Source: an uncultured Candidatus Poseidoniales archaeon
GTDB lineage: Archaea; Thermoplasmatota; Poseidoniia; Poseidoniales; Thalassarchaeaceae
Reading direction: 5' to 3'
DNA length: 64,000 nucleotides
NCBI GenBank assembly: GCA_963968165.1
Contig: CAXAFE010000002.1
Coordinates: 72,244-136,243 of the forward strand
The first letter of the stretch is position 1, and each line of letters opens with the position of its first letter. Of this stretch, positions 57,052 through 64,000 are shown piece after piece. The position numbers and the translations under genes are program-made. A model generated the notes under the pieces. It searched no databases. It was not told the origin of the DNA and saw only the letters and a list, made by a program, of their open reading frames with translations.

Positions 57052-59394
57052 GTGTCTATGAAAATACATTCACGTAGTATCATTGTGATGTCTATTTTAT
57101 TTATGGCAATGGCATTCAGTCCACTTGTAAGCTCATTTCCAACAGGAATATCAGGAGTGAAAGATTCAGGATGTAATTGTCATGGCGCTACAACAAGTGA
57201 TTCGGTCGTACCTACGTTAGACGGCTTACCGGAAGTTTACAATTATTCTGAAACATACGAGATAACAGTAGCATTTACCGGAGGCCCAAGCACTATTGGT
57301 AATATAAATCTTGGAGGATTTCACTTATGGGCTAGTGATGGAGAATTAGAGATTCTCGATGCAACTGTACAAAAATATAATCCAAGTGAAGTAGGACACA
57401 CAGAAGTTGGTAATGATCAAACAACTTGGACTATGGTTTGGACTGCTCCTGCTTCCGACAAGAATATAGAATTTATTCTACATACTAACTCAGTTAACGG
57501 GAATGCTGGTGGTGGAGCAGGTAGTTCTGGAGATGAATGGAATAGAATTACTGCAAAAGTAAGTGCGCCAATAGAGGTCTTGGAACAAGCAAATCCATAT
57601 GTTGTACTTTCTACTCTGATTGTAATTTCGGCAATTTTGCTAGTAATTACTGTAACTTATATATTCTACAGAACCAATCCTGATTCTTTTAATTGGAAAA
57701 CATTCGAGCCATGGATTAGTGAATGGTTAACGAGTACAGATCATAAGAAGGTCGGTACTCTCTACTTCCTTGCAGGATTGTTTTTCCTAGGTGTAGGAGG
57801 AATTATGGCACTAATGATTAGAATACAATTATCAGTACCTGGAAATGATTTCTTAACTCAGGATCAATATAATCAATTTTTCACACTTCATGGAACTACT
57901 ATGATATTTTTGGCAGCAATGCCATTAATCAATGGTTTTGCTAATTGGATGGTCCCCCTACAGATAGGTGCACCTGATCTTGCTTTACCCAGAATTAACG
58001 CAATGTCATTTTGGCTCCAGCCAGTTGGTGCTCTTTTAATCTTCACAGGAGTATTTTCTGGAACTGGAGCAGATACTGGTTGGACCGGTTATGCTCCATA
58101 TATAGTAAGTGAAACTGCCCATGTTGGAACAACTATGTGGGTAGCAGGGCAAATAATGTTAGTTGCATCATCAACTCTAACTGGAGTTAACTTTCTTACA
58201 ACTATTGCCGTAATGAGAGCCCCTGGAATGGGATGGATGCAAATGCCTCTTTTCACTTGGTCAATATTAGTAGCTAACTTGATGTTGTTCCTTTCAATAC
58301 CTGCATTCGGAGTCGGCCTAGTCCAAGTCTACTTAGACAGAGTGATTGGGACCGCTTTCTACGATGCATCTTCTGGAGGAGATCCTTTACTTTGGAGCCA
58401 TCTTTTCTGGTACTTTGGACATCCAGAAGTTTATGTAGTTATAGTACCAGCTTTCGGGGTAATTTCTGAGGTTATCGCGACTAGTGCAAGGAGAACGGTG
58501 TTCGGATATCGATCTATGGTTTATGCAATGGCGGGAATTGGAGTCGTATCTTTTATTGTTTATGGACACCACATGTTTACCTCTGGAATGAGCCCAACAT
58601 TGAGATTCGTAACAATGTTAACAACGATGCTTGTTGCAGTACCGACGGGAATTAAGATATTTAATTGGTTGAAAACTATGCATAGAGGTTCTTTGGTTTA
58701 TAGAACGCATACGCTTTGGGCCCTTGGTTTCTTAGTGACATTTACTCTTGGGGGTATTTCTGGAATGTTTTTCCCTTCAATGGCTATGGATTTACACTTC
58801 CACGAATCTTATTTCGTAGTAGCACATTTCCATTATGTATTAGTCGGTGGAACCGTATTTGGTTTCTTTTCAGCAATATATTATTGGTTCCCGAAAATGA
58901 CTGGAAGAATGTTGGATGAACGTTTAGGAGTACTGCATTTCCTAACAGCATTCATAAGTTATAATGGAGTATTTTGGCCAATGCATAGATTAGGAGTTTG
59001 GGGTATGGCAAGAAGGCATCATACATATTTCATTTCAACAGAGGAAGCCATGGGATCTCTTCCTGCTGAAGCAGCTGGATGGAATATGTTTATTTCAGTC
59101 AGTGCATTCTTATTCTTCTTCTCTAACTTCTTACTTATTGCGAATATGATAAAATCGGTAATTCGTGGTAAAAAGGCACCTGCTGACCCATGGGGAGGTT
59201 GGTCGTTTGAATGGATGACGTCTTCACCGCCTCCCACACCAAGTTTTGGTCATTTTAATCATGGAGAATGGGTAGACTTGCCGACATTAAAGGATGCTAA
59301 TGACGAGCATATTGCTAATGACCCAAGTCCATTGGTAAAATGGTTCCAAAGTTTAATGGTATTAGATGATGAAAACGAGGAGGTGAGTCATTGA
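57052..59394 (+). CDS. coxA: Heme-copper oxidase subunit I with ~190 aa secreted N-terminal extension carrying a CxxCH motif
   Basis: Canonical subunit I from about residue 200 (12 TM; His ligands in WFFGHPEVY, HHMF and HFHY contexts). N-terminus has a signal peptide, then DSGCNCHG, then a TM. Confidence 0.85.
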   Translation: MSMKIHSRSIIVMSILFMAMAFSPLVSSFPTGISGVKDSGCNCHGATTSDSVVPTLDGLPEVYNYSETYEITVAFTGGPSTIGNINLGGFHLWASDGELEILDATVQKYNPSEVGHTEVGNDQTTWTMVWTAPASDKNIEFILHTNSVNGNAGGGAGSSGDEWNRITAKVSAPIEVLEQANPYVVLSTLIVISAILLVITVTYIFYRTNPDSFNWKTFEPWISEWLTSTDHKKVGTLYFLAGLFFLGVGGIMALMIRIQLSVPGNDFLTQDQYNQFFTLHGTTMIFLAAMPLINGFANWMVPLQIGAPDLALPRINAMSFWLQPVGALLIFTGVFSGTGADTGWTGYAPYIVSETAHVGTTMWVAGQIMLVASSTLTGVNFLTTIAVMRAPGMGWMQMPLFTWSILVANLMLFLSIPAFGVGLVQVYLDRVIGTAFYDASSGGDPLLWSHLFWYFGHPEVYVVIVPAFGVISEVIATSARRTVFGYRSMVYAMAGIGVVSFIVYGHHMFTSGMSPTLRFVTMLTTMLVAVPTGIKIFNWLKTMHRGSLVYRTHTLWALGFLVTFTLGGISGMFFPSMAMDLHFHESYFVVAHFHYVLVGGTVFGFFSAIYYWFPKMTGRMLDERLGVLHFLTAFISYNGVFWPMHRLGVWGMARRHHTYFISTEEAMGSLPAEAAGWNMFISVSAFLFFFSNFLLIANMIKSVIRGKKAPADPWGGWSFEWMTSSPPPTPSFGHFNHGEWVDLPTLKDANDEHIANDPSPLVKWFQSLMVLDDENEEVSH

Positions 59395-60554
59395 GTGGAG
59401 AATACCACGATGATGAGCACGAGCATCAGAGTGCTTGGGGACCTCATGATTGGAGTCATGGTGCCCCTCACAACTCATGGGCACCAATAATAATGTCAAT
59501 TGGAGTAGGTATTTTTCTCTACACCGTGGCATCAGTATATTCTTGGGGAGAAATGGTAGACCCAGCCAGTATTCCACTAGTATTACTAGGATTGATTATA
59601 ACATTCTTTGGACTGCTGATTTGGTGGAGACAGGATGCATCTTTTGATGGAGTTTATGAGCCAAGAGCAACTGGAACTCCATTCCAAAATATTCAAATTC
59701 GTAAGGTTGCAATGTGGATGTTCTTGATGTCTGAGATGATGGTTTTTACATCTTTATTCAGTACTTACATGAGATACAGACTAGGGCTTACTCCATGCAC
59801 TGAGATTTATGAAAGTGGATCATGGATAGTTAACTCACAAACAATATCTTCCGGTGAAGCAGTAAATTGTTTCTTACCTGCATCTGAATTAATTGCTTCA
59901 AGTTGGTTTCATATTGCACCTGGTGCAATCAATACCTTTGCTTTGATTATATCCTCTTTTACCATAGTCCAAGCATTACGCTGGGCAAAAAAGCCTGTTG
60001 GAACAGTTGATGAAGAAGTTCGTAGAAAGCGCGTATATAGATATCTTGGCAGTACTTGGATACTAGCAATAATGTTCCTCACTCTAAAAATGGTTGAATG
60101 GTTTATAGGATTTTATATTCCAGAGATTCCGTTTCTAGGAATTCAAGAGCATGATATTATGTCTTTAGTAAACGAAGGATATACAATTCATGCGGATCAT
60201 TATCATCCACATCATGGTTGGGATGATGTTCACCTTGCCGAGTTAGCGGCTGCCAACCCCGATCAGTTTTCCGAATATTTTGCAAATATAGCACTTTTAG
60301 AGGGCGAATACGAGACCACAGATGCTATTATGATGGCAGATATTAGAGTCAGTGCATCAACATTTTTCGTGACGACTGGTACTCATGGTGCGCACGTCTT
60401 CATTGGAATAATTGGATTGACATACATGACTTGGAAAGCATGGATAGGAGGATATACTCCACAAAACGCAGTATCAATAGAGTATTTTGGACTTTATTGG
60501 CACTTTGTGGACCTAGTGTGGGTGTTAGTATTCCCATTCTTCTATCTTTATTGA
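59391..60554 (+). CDS. coxC: Heme-copper oxidase subunit III (7-TM form) with His-rich N-terminus
   Basis: C-terminal signature YWHFVDLVWVLVFPFFY. ATGA overlap with coxA. Confidence 0.8.
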   Translation: MSGEYHDDEHEHQSAWGPHDWSHGAPHNSWAPIIMSIGVGIFLYTVASVYSWGEMVDPASIPLVLLGLIITFFGLLIWWRQDASFDGVYEPRATGTPFQNIQIRKVAMWMFLMSEMMVFTSLFSTYMRYRLGLTPCTEIYESGSWIVNSQTISSGEAVNCFLPASELIASSWFHIAPGAINTFALIISSFTIVQALRWAKKPVGTVDEEVRRKRVYRYLGSTWILAIMFLTLKMVEWFIGFYIPEIPFLGIQEHDIMSLVNEGYTIHADHYHPHHGWDDVHLAELAAANPDQFSEYFANIALLEGEYETTDAIMMADIRVSASTFFVTTGTHGAHVFIGIIGLTYMTWKAWIGGYTPQNAVSIEYFGLYWHFVDLVWVLVFPFFYLY

Positions 60555-60563
60555 GGTGAAAAA

Positions 60564-60896
60564 ATGAGTGAACATAAAATTTTTGGTCAAGACATTTACT
60601 GGGTTAATTTCATTGGTTTGATGGTCCTAACTGCAATCGAAGTTGTAGCAGTTGGAAGCGAATTCTCCAAAGCGATGACTTTGTTCATACTCGTCGGCAT
60701 AGCAATACCTAAATTCATAATGATAGCTGCGATTTTTATGCACTTATGGGGAGATAAGGATTCAAAAATATTAACACTAACCGCACTTTTTCCAACTTTC
60801 TTCATTATCGTAATGGTACTATTCATTGGACTCACGCATCCTGACGCTACTACAGGATTACCCGAATGGTGTAGACCCGGATATTACAAACTCTGA
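60564..60896 (+). CDS. Small 3-TM membrane protein, possible oxidase subunit IV
   Basis: 110 aa, three hydrophobic helices, 10 nt downstream of coxC. Resembles bacterial CtaF/CoxIV only by size and topology. Confidence 0.45.
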   Translation: MSEHKIFGQDIYWVNFIGLMVLTAIEVVAVGSEFSKAMTLFILVGIAIPKFIMIAAIFMHLWGDKDSKILTLTALFPTFFIIVMVLFIGLTHPDATTGLPEWCRPGYYKL

Positions 60897-60937
60897 ACAT
60901 ATAGGTTCATTTCTAATGAGTATCTCGCCGGTACGCT

Positions 60938-61023
60938 GCCGAGATCGCATAGCCCGGTATTGCGGTGGATTTGAAATCCACTGTCCATTGGACTCGGGGG
61001 TTCAAATCCCTCTCTCGGCGCCA
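60938..61023 (+). tRNA. tRNA-Ser (anticodon UGA), long variable arm, CCA encoded
   Basis: Acceptor GCCGAGA/UCUCGGC, D-arm GCA-UAGCCCGGUAU-UGC, anticodon stem GUGGA/UCCAC with loop UUUGAAA, variable stem GUCC/GGAC, T-arm GGGGG-UUCAAAU-CCCUC, discriminator G, then CCA. Confidence 0.75.
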
Positions 61024-62073
61024 TTATACCTGATTTGGTATCCTAGAGGCTCCACGAACAATTAACTGATCTTCAAAGTACTTTAATTTAACAGGAGTAG
61101 TCATTACAGCTTCACCATCTACATTAACAAATAGTTCAGGATTGTGTGGATTATTGACTGGATTATTATTTGAGTCGACAGCTTTGAGTTCCATACTTTT
61201 TGCGGTACGCATGGAAATTTTACCCCATTTTCCAATATGCTTTCCCTTTTCTAAAGGACCCATGACTAATAACATCTGGATTTTAGATAAACCCCATGCC
61301 AATACTAGTGAGCCGTGTTTTTGAATTGGAGAAGCTCCCGGAGCAACCATAAATCCGCCTCCAAAAGTTTGACATTGACTCATACAAAAAAGTCCAGATA
61401 ATTCTACTACTTCTCCAGGGGCATCGTTAAATTTTATCCAACCTTTTTGATTTTTCCAACCCAAAATAGCTCTAATTCCCAAAAAGGTATATTTTAGTTG
61501 CCCTCTAATTTTTTTAAATTTTCCCTCGGTTTTCATACGATTGATAGCAGATGTTACTCCACTATCGCATTCAAGGAAACTCCATCTAACTAGATTACCG
61601 GATACTTCTGGATTACCATTACAAATGTGAGATTTAGGAGATGGGATTTGTGGATGAGCGGGAGCAGGGGGGCCTTCTACCCTAAATGCTCCAACTTTTC
61701 TATCCACGCCATTAGTAAGAATATCAATCGCTTTTTGCATTTCAGGGAATTTTTTTCCTTTAGGAATTGGAATTCCATGTGCACGAGCATAATCATTACC
61801 ACTTCCAATTGGGAGAATTCCTAATACCTTATCTGAACCACGTAATCCAGAGGCCACCTCATGGACCGTACCATCTCCTCCAACTGCAACAATTATTTCA
61901 TTATCAGAATTCTTTAAATCCGCTGCTAATTCCATTCCATGGCCGATATGCTCAGTATGAAATAAATCAATTATATATCCATTTTTTTTGAGAGATTCCT
62001 CAAAAAGTGCCCATTGTTTGATAGATAGTCCATCACGTGCTTTGGGGTTGAGGATACAGGCTATGCGGGTCAT
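61024..62073 (-). CDS. Diacylglycerol-kinase-family lipid kinase (YegS/BmrU-like)
   Basis: DAGK catalytic motifs IIVAVGGDGTVHEVASGL and GILPIGSGNDYAR. Confidence 0.7.
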   Translation of the reverse strand: MTRIACILNPKARDGLSIKQWALFEESLKKNGYIIDLFHTEHIGHGMELAADLKNSDNEIIVAVGGDGTVHEVASGLRGSDKVLGILPIGSGNDYARAHGIPIPKGKKFPEMQKAIDILTNGVDRKVGAFRVEGPPAPAHPQIPSPKSHICNGNPEVSGNLVRWSFLECDSGVTSAINRMKTEGKFKKIRGQLKYTFLGIRAILGWKNQKGWIKFNDAPGEVVELSGLFCMSQCQTFGGGFMVAPGASPIQKHGSLVLAWGLSKIQMLLVMGPLEKGKHIGKWGKISMRTAKSMELKAVDSNNNPVNNPHNPELFVNVDGEAVMTTPVKLKYFEDQLIVRGASRIPNQV

Positions 62074-62158
62074 GGTATCCTCAACATTGGATTCAGTCTT
62101 GAATGCTATGAATACGAGATATCATGAATGAGAGTCGTTTCGACCCACTCGAAGATGC

Positions 62159-63256
62159 ATGAATAATGATGAAAAATTCATGCAATACGCTTTAAAGATA
62201 GCAAATAAAGGTAAATACAAGGTAATGCCAAATCCTTTGGTTGGATGCGTGATTGTAAATAATGATGAGGTAGTTGCTGAAGGATGGCATGATCACCTAG
62301 GAGGATTGCATGCTGAACAGATGGCAATAGCGGATGCAGAAGCTCGCGGAATTTCATTGCAGGGTGCTACTGCATATATTACATTGGAGCCATGCAACCA
62401 TTTTGGTAGGACGCCTCCATGTACAGAAGCATTATTATGGGCAGGAATAAAAAAAGTAATAATTGGTGCTTTAGATCCAAATCCTACAGTAAGAGGTGGA
62501 GGTTTACAGGTATTAGAGAATGAAGGTTTTGAATTTAAGACGGGAGTGCTGAAAGATGCTTGTGAAGAGCAAATGGAAAATTTTATGCACTGGTGTAAAT
62601 TTAGAAAGCCGTTGGTTACCCTGAAGGCAGCCACCGATAATAATGGGAGAATAGATACTGACCATGATGTTCCCGCTCGAAGATTCAGTAACAATGGTTC
62701 ACTAGATTTAGTTCATGAGTTGAGGGCGGAATCAATGGCAATATTAGTTGGCATAGGGACAGTAATAAGAGATAATCCATCTTTAACAGTAAGGGGGCCA
62801 GATATTGGTCCAAGAGAAGAGCCTACAAGGATAGTAATAGATCCAAACAATAGAATTCCAAATAGTTGCAAATTGATGAATGATGGGCTTGCACCTACAC
62901 TTTTGATACAATTAGCAGAGTTTGACAAATCTAAAGATAAGGGGCATGTTGAAAGAGTAGTAATTTCAGATAATAGAGAAATTGAGATTTCAAAGATTTT
63001 AGACATGCTCGGAGATAGGAAAATTCAGTCACTTCTTGTCGAGGGCGGGAGCAACACCTGGGGCCGTTTTCTAAAATCTGGATTTGTAAATAAAGCGCAT
63101 TTATGTGTTTCAAATATGAAATTGGGTGGTAAATCTGATATTTTGTTTGGGGAACAAGATTTAAAGAGCGCTGGATTAGAGATAATTAAAGATATTTCAG
63201 TCGAAAATGATAGGATTACTTTGTGGAGAAATACAAAAAAAATATTACCGTATTAA
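62159..63256 (+). CDS. ribD: Bifunctional riboflavin biosynthesis protein RibD (pyrimidine deaminase / reductase)
   Basis: CDA zinc motifs HAEQMAI and LEPCNHFGRTPPC, plus a C-terminal RibD_C reductase domain. Confidence 0.85.
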   Translation: MNNDEKFMQYALKIANKGKYKVMPNPLVGCVIVNNDEVVAEGWHDHLGGLHAEQMAIADAEARGISLQGATAYITLEPCNHFGRTPPCTEALLWAGIKKVIIGALDPNPTVRGGGLQVLENEGFEFKTGVLKDACEEQMENFMHWCKFRKPLVTLKAATDNNGRIDTDHDVPARRFSNNGSLDLVHELRAESMAILVGIGTVIRDNPSLTVRGPDIGPREEPTRIVIDPNNRIPNSCKLMNDGLAPTLLIQLAEFDKSKDKGHVERVVISDNREIEISKILDMLGDRKIQSLLVEGGSNTWGRFLKSGFVNKAHLCVSNMKLGGKSDILFGEQDLKSAGLEIIKDISVENDRITLWRNTKKILPY

Positions 63257-63319
63257 GTGTATTTGAACACACTTGGTACTGAAATACACATATATACTGC
63301 ACAGTGAGCCCAAAATGAT

Positions 63320-64000
63320 ATGAATGACGTACGTATGACCCGCAGTTTAGCAATAACATTGATAATGTTACTTTCAGCAATGTCACCAATCTTGGCACCA
63401 GTATATGCTGATCATGAGAATGGGACAGGCAATGGAATGAGTAATTATGGTCCTCAAATCGATTTATCAATTTGGGATAATAATACGAGTTCTTGGGAAG
63501 CATTACCTAGTTTCGAAGAGATATTTTTAGATGCAGGAACATATCAAATGGAAATACTTTCTAGTAATTTATCCTTAAATGATTCCTATACGGTTGGATG
63601 GGATATTTATTCAATGGATGTAGAAATGGCTTTTGATGAGGAAGGAGAAGAAGAACCAGATAACATGTTCGAATCAAGAAATTGGACAGCTTATTATAAC
63701 TCAAGTTCTGAAAGTTTCAATATTACTATTGAAGAATTTACTTGTAATATCTTTATAATGATTTCTCTAGATAATCAATCCACCTACATGATCTACGAAG
63801 AATATCAAATAATTGGTCCATGTGGAAGTAATGGAATTCTGTCTACTCAGATAGAAATAGACGATAATGAAGAAGAAGTAGAACATTTATTTATTACTGA
63901 ATTTGAGGAGGCTTTTGAACTTGAATATGGTATTTATAATATGAGTTGGTCAGTTCCTAGTCAAACATTCAATAATTATCAGGATTATTTGATACACTTC
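63320..64000 (+). CDS. Secreted acidic protein, 3'-truncated by window end
   Basis: ATG at 63320. Signal peptide MTRSLAITLIMLLSAMSPILAPVYA, then an open frame to the window end. Not in the supplied ORF track (which appears to omit ORFs lacking an in-window stop); the frame was read manually. Confidence 0.5.
   Translation, partial: MNDVRMTRSLAITLIMLLSAMSPILAPVYADHENGTGNGMSNYGPQIDLSIWDNNTSSWEALPSFEEIFLDAGTYQMEILSSNLSLNDSYTVGWDIYSMDVEMAFDEEGEEEPDNMFESRNWTAYYNSSSESFNITIEEFTCNIFIMISLDNQSTYMIYEEYQIIGPCGSNGILSTQIEIDDNEEEVEHLFITEFEEAFELEYGIYNMSWSVPSQTFNNYQDYLIHF

Noticed and set aside
1-64000. CRISPR arrays, rRNA genes, SRP RNA, RNase P RNA
   Set aside because: No periodic direct repeats were seen, and no long GC-rich non-coding stretches beyond the three tRNAs. 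Intergenic regions are short and AT-rich.
1-64000. Assignment to Thaumarchaeota (initially suggested by low GC and the dehydrogenase/hydratase fusion)
   Set aside because: Several features fit a euryarchaeal (Thermoplasmatota/MGII-like) origin better: CcmF, the CxxCH-bearing oxidase, the PGF-CTERM-like tail, UvrB plus peptidase-rich content, and absence of thaumarchaeal hallmarks in the window. This remains unproven without similarity searches.

Overview
The window is a 64 kb AT-rich chromosomal segment that looks archaeal. The gene order is typical of archaea: EF-1alpha next to S10, an L7Ae-S28e-L24e-Ndk-aIF5B cluster, and S8e, SRP19, family B DNA polymerase, a GINS-like protein, deoxyhypusine synthase and Sec61-beta. 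The gene content (CcmF, PGF-CTERM-like tail, lipobox-like motifs, peptidases, beta-oxidation-type fusion enzyme) suggests a planktonic euryarchaeon of the Thermoplasmatota/MGII type rather than Thaumarchaeota, but the lineage cannot be confirmed from sequence alone. The window is gene-dense, with about 62 protein genes and three tRNAs (Ile-GAU, Leu-CAA, Ser-UGA). No rRNA, CRISPR array or clear mobile element was seen. Housekeeping content includes a bifunctional 3-hydroxyacyl-CoA dehydrogenase/enoyl-CoA hydratase, a tightly packed ubiD-ubiA-uvrB-dhs co-directional array, PRPP synthetase, UvrB, RibD and IlvE. There is also a heme-copper oxidase operon (CoxII, CoxI, CoxIII, a small membrane subunit) preceded by a 210-nt AT-rich region. 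The most interesting locus is a minus-strand operon of a large membrane protein with an N-terminal SAP-like DNA-binding motif, a ParA ATPase and an EamA transporter, which is a candidate DNA-to-membrane tethering/partition module. A second locus pairs MoxR and ParA/MinD ATPases with a convergent ER-rich coiled-coil protein, a triple zinc ribbon and a P1B-type ATPase. Cytochrome c signals are also notable: an orphan CcmF with an apparent His-to-Arg change, and a CxxCH-bearing secreted N-terminal extension on CoxI. Other observations include an in-frame (ATT)8 microsatellite giving poly-Asn in the metal ATPase, a cluster of three winged-helix regulators (two predicted membrane-anchored), and archaeal lipobox-like and PGF-CTERM-like sorting signals. 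All functional calls rest on motif-level recognition by eye; no database search was possible.
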